Assembly: GCA_048291645.1 (NCBI GenBank)
Contig: DBEZXT010000099.1
Location: forward strand, 129-64,128
Direction of reading: 5' to 3'
DNA: 64,000 bases
Source: Collinsella aerofaciens
GTDB lineage: Bacteria; Actinomycetota; Coriobacteriia; Coriobacteriales; Coriobacteriaceae
The stretch's first letter is position 1. Each line of letters opens with the position of its first letter. The translations under genes were made by a program, and so were the position numbers. Shown here piece by piece: positions 39,686 to 50,265 of the stretch. The notes beneath the pieces are model-generated. The model saw only the letters and a list, made by a program, of their open reading frames with translations. It had not been told where the DNA came from and searched no databases.

Positions 39686-39712
39686 TTCGTACTCCTTTCC
39701 AGGCATTTGACC

Positions 39713-40513
39713 CTAGTACGGCTCAAACGAACCAATCACTCGGGACGACAGCTCAGCGCCCGCCTTCATACACGCCGGAATATCAAGGCCATCGATCACG
39801 CCCTTGGTAAACCCGGCAATATACGAGTCGCCGGCACCCACGGTATTAACGACCTTCTCCGCCGGTACAATCCCGCACTCATAGAAGCGCTCACCGTCAT
39901 AGGCAATGCTTCCCTTCTCGCCAAGCGTGGCAACCGCAACGAGCGGTCCCAGTTCCTGCACGTGGCGTACCCAGTCTCGTAGCTCCGGAGTGTCCTCTTC
40001 AAACGACATAAATGCGTAGTCAACGTAGGGAAAATGATTCTCACATGCATATTCGGGATCCTGGCTGAACACCGAGAAGTCCATAACCACCGTCTTGCCC
40101 GCATCGTGCCATTCGGGCAGGAGGTCCAAACAATTGCCAAACAGGTCGGTATGAATGATGTCATGCTCTAGGATAAACGCCCGGTCATCTTCATTCGGTC
40201 GATATGTCTCCATTACGCCATCGATTGCCTCGAGATGCACGCGATCGACGCCGTCTTTCAATGCCATGAGCATCACCGAGGTGCCGCCATCCTCCACCCG
40301 CAGATGTGAGATATCGAGCCCCTCAGCGGCCAGCGCCTCTCTCATCTTGTCTCCGTACTCGTCCTTGCCGACAACCGACACGGCGGATACCGAAACGCCC
40401 ATTCGTGCAAGATGGATACCCCAGTCAATGCCATTACCAGTCGGATAGAACACGCCGATGTTTTGATAGACGTCCGCACAGCAAAAACCAGCCGCGCACG
40501 CTTTAATACCCAT
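39713..40513 (-). CDS. frlD: PfkB kinase, fructoselysine 6-kinase-like
   Basis: YPTGNG, TLGEKGS, NTVGAGDSY; frl context. Confidence 0.7.
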   Translation of the reverse strand: MGIKACAAGFCCADVYQNIGVFYPTGNGIDWGIHLARMGVSVSAVSVVGKDEYGDKMREALAAEGLDISHLRVEDGGTSVMLMALKDGVDRVHLEAIDGVMETYRPNEDDRAFILEHDIIHTDLFGNCLDLLPEWHDAGKTVVMDFSVFSQDPEYACENHFPYVDYAFMSFEEDTPELRDWVRHVQELGPLVAVATLGEKGSIAYDGERFYECGIVPAEKVVNTVGAGDSYIAGFTKGVIDGLDIPACMKAGAELSSRVIGSFEPY

Positions 40514-40634
40514 GGTCTTCTCCAATGTTCAAAAGGGGACCCACCACATGGCGAGCCCCCTTTTCGCGTTTCGCTTATTGTTTTGCATCGGCTGTCCAAG
40601 GCCTCATAGCCAGACCGCCGTACGCTTTCTTAAG

Positions 40635-41498
40635 CTATTCGACGATTGGCGCTCCGTGGCCCCAAGAACCTTCCATACCGCACACGGTCGAGGCAAACCC
40701 GGCAGCAAAGTCGAGCGCGCGCTCGATGGCCTCGGCGCCATCCTCACCGCGCTTGGCGGAATCGAGATAGCACATCAAAAACGAGGTGAGGAACGAGTCG
40801 CCCGCCCCCATGGTGTCCTTCATGTCCGTTACCGGTTTAGCCAGCTGGCGGTAATAACGCTCGCCGTCGTAAGCAATGCAGCCCTCGGCGCCCGCCGTAG
40901 CCGACACAAAACGCGGACCCAGGCCCTTCACCCATGCCAGACGCTCGCGAATCTCGTCCTCACTCGCAGCATCCGCCGCACTAAAGAATGCGAAATCGAC
41001 GTAGGGCGCAATCTGCTCGTAGTACTCGTCGGTAGAGTCGTCCGAAAAGTCAAAAGAGACCGTGACGCCCGCAGCCTTCAGCTTGGGTAGCTCGCGCTCG
41101 GTAAAGCAATAGTTGCCCGAATGAACCACATCGAACTGCTTCATGTACGCAAGGTCAAAGCGATCGAGGACATAGCGCGCATCGCCACGGATACCGCCCT
41201 CGTTGGAGCCGAGGAAGACACGGTCACCGTCAACGACGGTCACGCGAGCCGCTCCGTTCTCGCCAATCATCTGCTCGCACTTGTCAAGCTCGATACCCTC
41301 ATCCTCGAGGCTTGCAATGACATGCTCGGCAGCGGCGTCATTGCCAAAAATGCCCATGTATGCGGAGCGTGCGGCACCGCATTTCTTGGCATAAACGGCG
41401 AAGTTCACCGCGTTGCCGCCAGGATACATGGTGTGGATATGCTCATAGCGATCGACGACGTTGTCGCCAAATCCGAGCGCGTTAACGTTAAATGCCAT
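40635..41498 (-). CDS. Second PfkB kinase, fructosamine kinase-like
   Basis: GDNVVD.Y..MYPGGNAVN, SFDFSD, DTMGAGDSF. Confidence 0.8.
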   Translation of the reverse strand: MAFNVNALGFGDNVVDRYEHIHTMYPGGNAVNFAVYAKKCGAARSAYMGIFGNDAAAEHVIASLEDEGIELDKCEQMIGENGAARVTVVDGDRVFLGSNEGGIRGDARYVLDRFDLAYMKQFDVVHSGNYCFTERELPKLKAAGVTVSFDFSDDSTDEYYEQIAPYVDFAFFSAADAASEDEIRERLAWVKGLGPRFVSATAGAEGCIAYDGERYYRQLAKPVTDMKDTMGAGDSFLTSFLMCYLDSAKRGEDGAEAIERALDFAAGFASTVCGMEGSWGHGAPIVE

Positions 41499-41511
41499 GG
41501 TATTTACCCTT

Positions 41512-42480
41512 CTAGTACTCGACAACGCCCATGTAGCGACGGAAATCGGGATCGTGATCAAACACCTTGCCGCGTGCGGCACGCAGCTCGCAGTTCATGG
41601 CGTAGAACAGCACCGGGTCCAGATAAGCACGGACGTTCGCCGGCACGGCCTCCATACCGTACTCCTTGGCATCGAGCACCATCAGCGTATCGGTATGCGT
41701 CTTAAGGAACGCCAGGGCGCGCTCGTCCATAGCACGGCACTCGCTGGAGCCCATCTGCAGGAAGTAAAAAACGCCATCCTGAGTAGCCTCGAAGGGGCCA
41801 TGGAAGTACTCGGCAGAGTGGATGTAGCTGCAGTGCTGCCACTGCATCTCCATAAGAGAGCAGATAGCGAAACCGTAGGTCTGGCTAAAGTTGGGACCGC
41901 TGCCCAGAATATAGAAGAACTCGTGCTCCTGGCAAAGCTTGGCAAAGCGATCGCCCAGCTCGGCATTTACCTTCTCGCGTGCCGGGGGAAGAATCTTATC
42001 CATCTCGGCAATACCGGCATACATATCGGCGAGATCGGCGTAGCCCTCCTGCTGATCGAGCAGCTCTGCCGCAAGCGACAGCGAAATGCCGGCGGGGACC
42101 TCGGCCTGCGGCACACCCTCGCCCCACGGGTAGACCCACGTGGTCCACTTGCCGGAGTCGATCTTGGATCCAGCGTTGTCGGTCTGGGCGATCACCGTAG
42201 CGCCGGCGGCAAGGGCAATCTCGCAGCCCTCGACGACCTCCGGGGTGTTGCCACTGTGGCTACAAGCGATGACCAGAGACTTCTCGCCCAGACGACGCGG
42301 ACGCATAATGTCAAATTCACGCGCGGTATAGATATACGAAGTGAAGGTGGTTGCCTCGCGCTGCAGAAGCTCATGAGCCGGGATCAAATCGATCATGGAG
42401 CCACCGCAAGCAATCCAGTAGACGCTGTCGAACTTGCCCTTCTCGGCAATTGCCTCTTTAATCAGATCGTGTGCGTTCAT
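41512..42480 (-). CDS. frlB: Fructoselysine-6-phosphate deglycase (SIS domain)
   Basis: ACGGS, SHSGNTPE, LMEMQW...HSAEYFHGPFE, RRYMG.VEY. Confidence 0.88.
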   Translation of the reverse strand: MNAHDLIKEAIAEKGKFDSVYWIACGGSMIDLIPAHELLQREATTFTSYIYTAREFDIMRPRRLGEKSLVIACSHSGNTPEVVEGCEIALAAGATVIAQTDNAGSKIDSGKWTTWVYPWGEGVPQAEVPAGISLSLAAELLDQQEGYADLADMYAGIAEMDKILPPAREKVNAELGDRFAKLCQEHEFFYILGSGPNFSQTYGFAICSLMEMQWQHCSYIHSAEYFHGPFEATQDGVFYFLQMGSSECRAMDERALAFLKTHTDTLMVLDAKEYGMEAVPANVRAYLDPVLFYAMNCELRAARGKVFDHDPDFRRYMGVVEY

Positions 42481-42542
42481 ATCCAGTTCCTTTCTTGTTT
42501 GGCCCGCAATCAATGACGTTGGTTGCATGGCCGATGGTTGTT

Positions 42543-43394
42543 TTAGTCAATCATATATTTCTCGAATGCGGCCATGTTCTTGGCATCTGCCGCTGCCGGG
42601 TCATCGTAGTAACGACCATCCGTGATTTCCTGGCCCAGCATGCCGTCGAAACCATGGGCGTTGAGTGTGGCGACGAAGGCGTCCATATCGTGCTTGCCAT
42701 CGCCCCACACCAGATGGCCATACGGGTCGCCGTCGATAAAGTGCATCTCGTGAATTGCCCCATCACCAAAGGCGGCAAACCAGTCCTCGAGCGTCTCGCC
42801 TGCAACGCCCATCGCGGTTGTATCAACCATGGGCTGTAAGTACGGGCTCGCGACCTCGTCAATCATGCGCTTCGCATCGGAAACCGTCGTCACAAGGTTG
42901 CTCTCCTCGGGACGCAGGCTTTCCATCGTAAGCACCAGACCGTGCTCGCCGGCATACTCCGCCAGAATGGACAAGTGCTCGCGGCTGCGCTTCCAGGCTT
43001 CCTCGCGGTCCTCGTCCCAGTCGCCCCAGCCCGAGTTGATGGACATGCGGTCGCACCCAAGTACCTCGGCAAGCTCAATGCCGTGCTTAAAGTACGCCAG
43101 GCTGCGCTGCTCATGCAGCGGTTTGCGTGCGCAATACTGCCAAGGATAGACAACATTCTCGGGGCACAGAGTACGATACCTAAGCCCACGGTCTGCAGCC
43201 TTTTTCGCCAGGACCTCAGCCTCAAAGTAGCCCGTGTGGTCGAGCGTCACATGCGGCTCTGCACACCACAGCTCAATGGACTCAAAGCCCAAGCGCTGCT
43301 GCACATCAAGGAAGTAATCGAGCGACCACATGATGTAGTGGATATTCATGCCCGCAATCTGTTCGCGGTGCAGCGTCGGTTTGGATTCAGACAT
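42543..43394 (-). CDS. frlC: Fructoselysine 3-epimerase-like TIM barrel
   Basis: GFESIELW...PH, ESLRPEESN, MVDT, HFIDG, HL.WGDG. Confidence 0.7.
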   Translation of the reverse strand: MSESKPTLHREQIAGMNIHYIMWSLDYFLDVQQRLGFESIELWCAEPHVTLDHTGYFEAEVLAKKAADRGLRYRTLCPENVVYPWQYCARKPLHEQRSLAYFKHGIELAEVLGCDRMSINSGWGDWDEDREEAWKRSREHLSILAEYAGEHGLVLTMESLRPEESNLVTTVSDAKRMIDEVASPYLQPMVDTTAMGVAGETLEDWFAAFGDGAIHEMHFIDGDPYGHLVWGDGKHDMDAFVATLNAHGFDGMLGQEITDGRYYDDPAAADAKNMAAFEKYMID

Positions 43395-43395
43395 C

Positions 43396-44979
43396 TTATG
43401 CCTCCTTATTTCGATCGAACACGATTTGTCCGTCCGACATCGTCATGTCAACCGCAAGATCGCGTGCGTCGCGATAATCGAGGTCGAACACATCCCGATC
43501 GAGCACGCAGATATCGGCAAGCTTGCCAACCTCGAGCGTACCCAGCTCGTCTTCGCGCATCAGGTCGTACGCGCCCCCGGCAGTCCAAGCGCGCAAGAGC
43601 TCGACAAGCGTCAGCGTGTTGACCTCATTCACGGGCAGTCCGTCGGCGAAGAATCCGCCGCACGCGCTGTAGATTGACTCGCCCAGGCTCGGAATCAGCA
43701 GCGGCAGATCCGTGCCGCAGCACACTGTGCATCCGGAATCTTCCATGCCGCGGCGATTCCAGCTGTGCAAAAGTCGCGTCTCGCCAATTTGTCGACGCAT
43801 CATCGACAGGCAATCCTCGCGCCGGTCCAGCGTCAGAATCTGCGGATAGACCTCGCAAATTCCACCTAACTTGCCAAACTCGACAAGATCGGTCGGGTCA
43901 GAGTTCTCGAGATCGGTAATCGCATGGCGGCGAAGCATCCGTCCATGCTCGTCTCGAGGCAGCGAGGCATAGAGCGCCACGGTGCGACGAACGGCGCCAT
44001 CGCCCTGGCAATGCAAGGAATATCGGAAGCCGTCAGCATCAATTGCACGCAGCTCGTTCTCAATCAGATCCCACTCTGGCTCCTCGACGACCGTCTTGCC
44101 GGCAGCGCCCGCATCGGCCGTGCCCTCATAGGGGTCAATCATCTCGGCAAGCCCCGCCCATACGCCGCGATCGGTCATACGGTTGAAGCCAGAAAAACGA
44201 ACGAACGGTCCCCGGAAGCGCTCTCGTGCCTCGCGGGCATATGCCAGATTTGCACCGGCACCCACCGGCTGCGACATCATAGAGACGCGAACCGTCAGCT
44301 CACCAGATTCCTCACGGCGAGCCATTTCGTCGGCAAAGCCGTAGTAGTCATCAAACGCCATCTCCTTGATGGCGGTAACGCCGCGTTCGTTAAGCATGCT
44401 CATGTAGTCCGAATACCCTGCACGCACCTCGGGCAGCGCGAGGAAATCGCTCATCATGCGCCAGATCTTCTCGGCATAGCACGCCTGGGGTGTGAAGCCG
44501 TATCGCGCACTGGCGGCAGCATTGAGAACACAGGTATCCGCGCCCGGTGTAAAGCAGACGACGGGGATATCGCCAAAACACTCGTCAAACACAGCTGCTG
44601 TATTTGCGTTCTCGGCATCCGATGCCAACGTTTCGGGTAGGTTGTGGCCAAAAGCCGCCGCGCAATCCGGACGATCTTCTTTCCATGCACGCAAGAGCGA
44701 CACGGCCTCTTTGGCATCAGCGATGCCGGACAGATCAGGCCCCAACGTCCGCAGCGCCCAGCCTGTATAGAAGGTATGCACATCGATCAGGCCAGGCATG
44801 ACGGTGCGGTCGCCCAGGTCAACTACCTCGTCCGCCTGGGTCAAATACGAAGCTAGCTCACACTTGGTGCCAACAGCCTCAATTCGATTGCCACGGACCG
44901 CTACGAAACCTTCAAACGGCAGGTCCCCCGTACCGGTAAAGACGCTCTTAGACGTCAGGACCGTCAAACGATCAGACAT
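43396..44979 (-). CDS. Amidohydrolase_3 (YtcJ-like) metallohydrolase
   Basis: DLG.RTVMPGLIDVHT, HCQGD, GTD.P, GTLEVGKLADICVLD. Confidence 0.82.
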   Translation of the reverse strand: MSDRLTVLTSKSVFTGTGDLPFEGFVAVRGNRIEAVGTKCELASYLTQADEVVDLGDRTVMPGLIDVHTFYTGWALRTLGPDLSGIADAKEAVSLLRAWKEDRPDCAAAFGHNLPETLASDAENANTAAVFDECFGDIPVVCFTPGADTCVLNAAASARYGFTPQACYAEKIWRMMSDFLALPEVRAGYSDYMSMLNERGVTAIKEMAFDDYYGFADEMARREESGELTVRVSMMSQPVGAGANLAYAREARERFRGPFVRFSGFNRMTDRGVWAGLAEMIDPYEGTADAGAAGKTVVEEPEWDLIENELRAIDADGFRYSLHCQGDGAVRRTVALYASLPRDEHGRMLRRHAITDLENSDPTDLVEFGKLGGICEVYPQILTLDRREDCLSMMRRQIGETRLLHSWNRRGMEDSGCTVCCGTDLPLLIPSLGESIYSACGGFFADGLPVNEVNTLTLVELLRAWTAGGAYDLMREDELGTLEVGKLADICVLDRDVFDLDYRDARDLAVDMTMSDGQIVFDRNKEA

Positions 44980-44988
44980 CACAACCAC

Positions 44989-46452
44989 CTACGCCGGAAG
45001 CATGCCGGAAATGGCAGTAATGACCAAGCCAAACACGACCATGAAGATGAAGAACTTCCAAATGGTCTTCCACCATTGGCCAAACGAAATCTTAGCCACG
45101 GCAAGGCCGGCGACCGTCATACCCGCCACGGGGCTGATGGTGTTGATGGTCTGGTTGGCAAACTGGAGCGCGGTGACGGCCGCCTCGGGATTGAGGCCCA
45201 TGAGCTCGGTCAGGGGGCCCATAACGGGCATGGTGAGCGCCGCCAGGCCAGAACTCGAGGGAACCAGCAAAGAGAGCAGGCCAAGGACGACATACATAAA
45301 CGTGGTGTAGACGGCGGCAGGTGCACCGGCGAGCGCGGTAGCAAGCGCCTGGAGGATGGTGTCGATGATCATGCCGCCCTCGGCGATGACCAGAATACCG
45401 CGAGCGATACCGATAACGACGGCAGCGTACGCAAAGTCGGCGAGACCCTTAACGAACTCCTCTGCGATCGTCTGCTGGTCAAGGCCGCCCAGGATACCGG
45501 CAAGCAAGCCCATGCCAAGGAACACGGCGGAAATCTGATTCATGTACCAGCCCTGGGTAACAAGACCCCAGACGATAATGCCCATACCGCAAGCAAAATC
45601 GATAAGCACGAGCTTCTGACGGATAGTGAACTCTTCCTCGATGGAGGCATCGGTCACGGAAAATTCAATACGCTTGAGCTTATCGTCCTCGTACACAATG
45701 GACGACTCGGGGTTTTTCTTGACGCGCATGGCGTAGCGCATGGCCCATGCGATACCGACGGCAGTGAAGATGACCCAAGAAACGGCACGCAGCCACAGTT
45801 GCGGATTACCCTCGATGCCAATGATGCCTTGGGCGATCAAAACATTAAACGGGTCGATGGTCGAAGCACAATATCCCAGGTTAGGACCAAGGAAGCAGAT
45901 GATGAATGCCGTCATCGAGTCATAACCGATACCCATCATGATGGGAATGAAGATGGCATAGAACGGCAGGGCTTCCTCAGACATACCAAACGTAGTGCCA
46001 CAAATGGACAGCAACGTCATCGTGATGGGAATGATGAGGATGTCCTTGTTCTTGAGCTTTTTAATCACACGGCTCATGCCGGCATTCAAAGCGTTGGTCT
46101 TGGTGATGATCGCGAACGATCCGCCAATCAATAAGACGAACGCAACGACGTCGGCAGCCTCTTGGATACCCTTGGTGGGCGCTTGCAGAACCGCGAAGAT
46201 ATCCTGACCCAGATTGATGGTCTCGCCGGTCTCGGAATCGGTGTAGTTCTTATCGACCTGTTCATAGGTTCCAGCAACGGCGACTTCACGCTCGCCCGCC
46301 GCTGTCGAAATCGTCTTGCGCTGATACTGACCAGAGGGAACGATCCAAGTCAGGACCGCAAAGACAACGATCAGCAAGAACATGATCGTATAGACATGCG
46401 GTAATTTGAACTTAAAACGTCTGTTTGTCTTCTTCGCCTTCGTATCTGACAT
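44989..46452 (-). CDS. YfcC/DcuC family transporter (basic amino acid antiporter-like)
   Basis: PHVY, LTWIVPSGQY, GMSEE, PF.V.IAQ.I, PSSSGLA..TMP. Confidence 0.88.
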   Translation of the reverse strand: MSDTKAKKTNRRFKFKLPHVYTIMFLLIVVFAVLTWIVPSGQYQRKTISTAAGEREVAVAGTYEQVDKNYTDSETGETINLGQDIFAVLQAPTKGIQEAADVVAFVLLIGGSFAIITKTNALNAGMSRVIKKLKNKDILIIPITMTLLSICGTTFGMSEEALPFYAIFIPIMMGIGYDSMTAFIICFLGPNLGYCASTIDPFNVLIAQGIIGIEGNPQLWLRAVSWVIFTAVGIAWAMRYAMRVKKNPESSIVYEDDKLKRIEFSVTDASIEEEFTIRQKLVLIDFACGMGIIVWGLVTQGWYMNQISAVFLGMGLLAGILGGLDQQTIAEEFVKGLADFAYAAVVIGIARGILVIAEGGMIIDTILQALATALAGAPAAVYTTFMYVVLGLLSLLVPSSSGLAALTMPVMGPLTELMGLNPEAAVTALQFANQTINTISPVAGMTVAGLAVAKISFGQWWKTIWKFFIFMVVFGLVITAISGMLPA

Positions 46453-46670
46453 AGATACCTCCAAAGAACTCGAGACTGCATCGCATCTCGCTTCAACGTT
46501 TGCACAATGCAAACGTTCTATGACGTCCCATAGATTACCAGCAGCTTTTTCCTTCATCAAGATAATTTCAAACTGATTGCCGCAACGCGGTTGAACGGTC
46601 GCGTTTGCGCCGTGAACGGTATGGAAACGCCCGGTGAGATGATCCACCGGGCGCTTCCATTCGCAATGTC

Positions 46671-47414
46671 CTAGATGTCAAAAACGTAGCGAGACCCAAC
46701 GATTCGCTGACGACCGATAATAAACGGCCGCCGCTGCTCATCGAAAAAGAAGGCTTCCATATAAAACAAGGGTTCGCCAACAGGAACTGCCAACAGCCGA
46801 GCGACCTCGGGCGACGCGCACGCGATCTCGAGCGTGCACGGGTCGGTAAACGCGGGCGTGCGGCCCGTCCGGTTGCGCACGAACTCAAAAATGGATTGGT
46901 TAGATAGAGGTGCCGTTGATAGATAGGCGTTGTCCTCGTAAACATATATGTTGTTCTCGAGCATGACGGGGACGCCATCGGCAGTACGCACACGCTCGAC
47001 GCAAATCAAGTCAGTTCCAACGGGAACACCAAAGAACTGTGCTTCGGTGGAATCCGCCGGCAGTATCTTTCTCGAAATGACACGCGCCCCCGGTTCCATT
47101 CCGTTAACGCGGCATGCGTCCGAAAAACTCTGGACGTCATCCTTCTGGCGAATCTTGCGCTTGAGCTTGGGGGCATTGACAAACGTGCCTTTCCCCTGTC
47201 GCTTCGTTAGATAGCCCTGTTGGACGAGCTCCTCAATAGCGCGTCGCACGGTAACGCGGCCAACTTTATAGCTCTCAGCCAATTCGAATTCGTTGGGTAT
47301 CCGCGCGCCTGCCTTGTAGGCGCCGGAGTTGATTTCGTTTTTAATGATATCAATGACCTGTTGGTACAGCGGTATCGCTGCTTTACCGTCAGTTAGCCCT
47401 TCAGTCGGTGGCAT
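46671..47414 (-). CDS. GntR/HutC family regulator (FrlR-like, UTRA domain)
   Basis: PLYQQ, IPNE.EL...YKV.R.TVRRAI..L..QGKGTFV. Confidence 0.9.
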   Translation of the reverse strand: MPPTEGLTDGKAAIPLYQQVIDIIKNEINSGAYKAGARIPNEFELAESYKVGRVTVRRAIEELVQQGYLTKRQGKGTFVNAPKLKRKIRQKDDVQSFSDACRVNGMEPGARVISRKILPADSTEAQFFGVPVGTDLICVERVRTADGVPVMLENNIYVYEDNAYLSTAPLSNQSIFEFVRNRTGRTPAFTDPCTLEIACASPEVARLLAVPVGEPLFYMEAFFFDEQRRPFIIGRQRIVGSRYVFDI

Positions 47415-47564
47415 ATACCCTCTCCAAGCACAATTAAGTCTAAAACGGGCTTAAGGGCATTCAACAAGTCCTTAAGCCCGCATTAGCTTAAAGTATGCTA
47501 GGTGTCGCACCAAAATGTCGGCTATTTACTCATCAGACCCGAAAAACGCGCAACTACCGCGCTC

Positions 47565-48224
47565 CTAAGAAAGCGTGAGCAGCTCCGGCAGCTGGTCGAT
47601 AATCTTGTCCGCGGCATCCTGGCTAAAGCCAAAGCGCTCCTCGCGCTTGGCAATGACCGTCAGGCCGGCTCGCTTACCCGCGGTAATGCCCGGAACGGAA
47701 TCCTCAACGCAGCAGCAGCGATTCGCGGGCAGCCCCAGCAGGTCCAGCGCATGCAGGTAGATGTCGGGCTCGGGTTTGCTCTCCTTAAACTGCTCGCCGC
47801 TCACCACATACTCAAAGGCATCCGACAGCCCGCATGCGTTGAGCACTTCCTCGATGCTAACCATGGGAGACGAGCTGGCAAGCGCCACGCGAACGCCACG
47901 GCGCGGCAGCTCTCGAATCGTATCCACGGCGCCTGGGTTAATCAAAGCCTGATAGTCGCGCGGACGCTTATGCGCCCACTCGTCCCAACGGGCCAACGCT
48001 TCCTCGCCAGTGAAGTGCCCCTTACCGGCGCGCTCAAACCAATCGACCAGCATGTGCAGGAAGAACTGATGCGAGGTACCGACCTGCCCATTCAACTCCT
48101 CTTGAGTCAGATTAAGCCCAAGCTCCTTGGCAAACGCGGCAGTCTCGCCCAGGTAGTAATACTCGGTATCGACAATGACGCCGTCCATGTCAAAGATAAC
48201 GGCGTCGAACGGAAATGCGGACAC
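47565..48224 (-). CDS. HAD family phosphatase
   Basis: FDMDGVIVD, SKPEPDIY, VEDS..GI.A. Confidence 0.88.
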   Translation of the reverse strand: MSAFPFDAVIFDMDGVIVDTEYYYLGETAAFAKELGLNLTQEELNGQVGTSHQFFLHMLVDWFERAGKGHFTGEEALARWDEWAHKRPRDYQALINPGAVDTIRELPRRGVRVALASSSPMVSIEEVLNACGLSDAFEYVVSGEQFKESKPEPDIYLHALDLLGLPANRCCCVEDSVPGITAGKRAGLTVIAKREERFGFSQDAADKIIDQLPELLTLS

Positions 48225-48288
48225 GGCACCCTCCCTAACAAAAGGACGCCCGCAAGCAGGCGCCCGAGCCATGCATTAATCGGCGATT

Positions 48289-49131
48289 CTAACCCAGCAG
48301 CTTATCCAGCGCCACCGCAATGCCGTCTTCGTTGTTATCGGCGGTCACCATCTGGGCTACAGCCTTAACCTCTTCGACGGCGTTACCCATGGCAACACCG
48401 GTGCCGGCCCACTCAATCATGGACTTGTCGTTCTGGCCGTCGCCAAACGATACGACCTCACTGGCATCGATGCCGAGCTTGGGCAGGGCACCCTCGAGTG
48501 CGCGGGCCTTGTCGATACCGGGCGCCGTGTACTCAAAGTACCAGTCGGCCGTAAACATGCCCGAAAGCGTCTGCTTAAAGGGCGCATACATCTCCTCGTA
48601 ATGCGCCTGCAGGTAGGCCGGATCGCCCGCCGTCAGCAGCTTGTCCACGGGATAAGCATCGGCGACCTCATGCAGGCTCTCGACCTCGCGGATCTTAAGA
48701 TCGCACGCATCGCGCTCGTATTTGACGATGTTTTTCTGCGAGCCGTCAGGCAGCGTGATCATGCAGCGGTACGAGTCCTCGACGTGCAAATCGCGACCGA
48801 GCGAAATCATAGGGATCACGTCAAAATTACGCAGGTGATCAATCAGGCGATGCAATTCGTCGGCAGGCATAGCCTGATCGAACAGTACCTCGTCGGTCTG
48901 GGCATCGACGACGTGTGCGCCGTTAAAGGCAACTAGCAGACCGTCATGGTTTTGGAGGTCGAGCTCCTGCGCCAAGGCGTGGAGCCCCCATGCGGGACGG
49001 CCCGAAGCCAAAATGAGCTTAATGCCCGACTCCTGCGCCGCGAGCAGCTTCTCGCGCGTACGCGGGCTAATCACTTTCTGATCGTTGGTGAGCGTACCGT
49101 CGATATCCATCGCGATGGCTTTGATTGCCAT
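48289..49131 (-). CDS. Cof-type HAD-IIB hydrolase
   Basis: DIDGTL, ASGR, FGDGQND..M, AMGNA. Confidence 0.92.
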   Translation of the reverse strand: MAIKAIAMDIDGTLTNDQKVISPRTREKLLAAQESGIKLILASGRPAWGLHALAQELDLQNHDGLLVAFNGAHVVDAQTDEVLFDQAMPADELHRLIDHLRNFDVIPMISLGRDLHVEDSYRCMITLPDGSQKNIVKYERDACDLKIREVESLHEVADAYPVDKLLTAGDPAYLQAHYEEMYAPFKQTLSGMFTADWYFEYTAPGIDKARALEGALPKLGIDASEVVSFGDGQNDKSMIEWAGTGVAMGNAVEEVKAVAQMVTADNNEDGIAVALDKLLG

Positions 49132-49280
49132 ATATGCCTCCCTGTCATTGAACAACCTTGTCTGAGCCATCATACAGAACACCCATCGCGACTCCGTTTA
49201 CAACGGGCAAAAAGTCATATTGTCTCGAACATGAACGGCGTGTGGTCGTGAAGCTTTATCGCTCAGGTCAAATACGTCTG

Positions 49281-49955
49281 CTAGCGACGCTCATCCGTCG
49301 GTGCGCCCTCGACGATCGCGATGCCCGCCGATGCACCTAACGCGCTGGCGCCGGCCTCGATGAATGCGCAAGCCTCTTCGTAATTATGGATACCGCCCGC
49401 CGCCTTGATTGCCACGGCATCGCCGAGCACCTCGTGCATCAGCCGCACGTCCTCGAGCTTAGCACCGCCAAAGCTTCTGCCGGTCGATGTCTTAAGGAAT
49501 CCCGGCTTGGCCTCCAGCGCGATCTCGCATACACGGCGCTTGGCGGCGTCGTCGCCGTCCAGCTTGCACATCTCGACGATTACCTTGTCAGTGATGCCAT
49601 GCGCGCGACAAAAATCAGCAATGGTAGTCATCTCGCGCTCGATGGCATCAAAATCGCGGTTCTCGATCGACCCCTGATTCAAAACGTAGTCAATCTCGGT
49701 AAAGCCACACGCAGCGTATTCCTCAAACCTCGCAAGCTTCTCCTCAAGCGTCATAGTGCCCTGGGGAAAGTCGATAGCGCCGGCAAGGATGATGTCAGAG
49801 CCCTCGAGCATGGCGCGGCCCGTCTCGTACTCCTGCAGGTTCGCAAATACGCAGCGAAAGTTGTACTTTAACGCCTTCTCGACATACTGCTCAAACGTGT
49901 CCTCGGGGGCATCGATATAGTCGATGTATTTATTGATGGGTTTGGCAAGCGTCAT
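49281..49955 (-). CDS. deoC: Deoxyribose-phosphate aldolase-like
   Basis: DFPQG, EIDYV, KVIVE, FLKTSTG, IKAAGGI, LGAS. Confidence 0.8.
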   Translation of the reverse strand: MTLAKPINKYIDYIDAPEDTFEQYVEKALKYNFRCVFANLQEYETGRAMLEGSDIILAGAIDFPQGTMTLEEKLARFEEYAACGFTEIDYVLNQGSIENRDFDAIEREMTTIADFCRAHGITDKVIVEMCKLDGDDAAKRRVCEIALEAKPGFLKTSTGRSFGGAKLEDVRLMHEVLGDAVAIKAAGGIHNYEEACAFIEAGASALGASAGIAIVEGAPTDERR

Positions 49956-50172
49956 GCTGGGCCTCCTTGTTCAGGGCTGGCAACCGATTCGTGGCTTCAC
50001 GCGAAAAACCACGTTCAATGTACGCCCGGCATGCAAGGACAGCGTCCGCATTCCGACAAGTGGTATGAAATTAGCCGTAAACGTATAATTTACGGACAGC
50101 GAATGGCACCGCACGCGGATGCCGACAGCAAGACATCCCCCCTCAATACACCCTCATGCCCATTTAAATAGC

Positions 50173-50207
50173 AAGGGGCCCGTATCTGTTGGGATACGGG
50201 CCCCTTT
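50173..50207 (-). terminator. Terminator following the duplicated pgi 3' end
   Basis: AGGGGCCCGTATC/GATACGGGCCCCT, paralogous to 53672-53706. Confidence 0.75.
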
Positions 50208-50233
50208 CGGCCGTGACCTATCTCAGCAACAAA

Positions 50234-50265
50234 GACTACTTGCAGTGAGCGCGGTAGAACTCGAT
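50234..50265 (-). repeat. att-like duplicate of the pgi 3' end
   Basis: GACTACTTGCAGTGAGCGCGGTAGAACTCGAT, 30/32 identical to 53737-53768. Confidence 0.85.
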
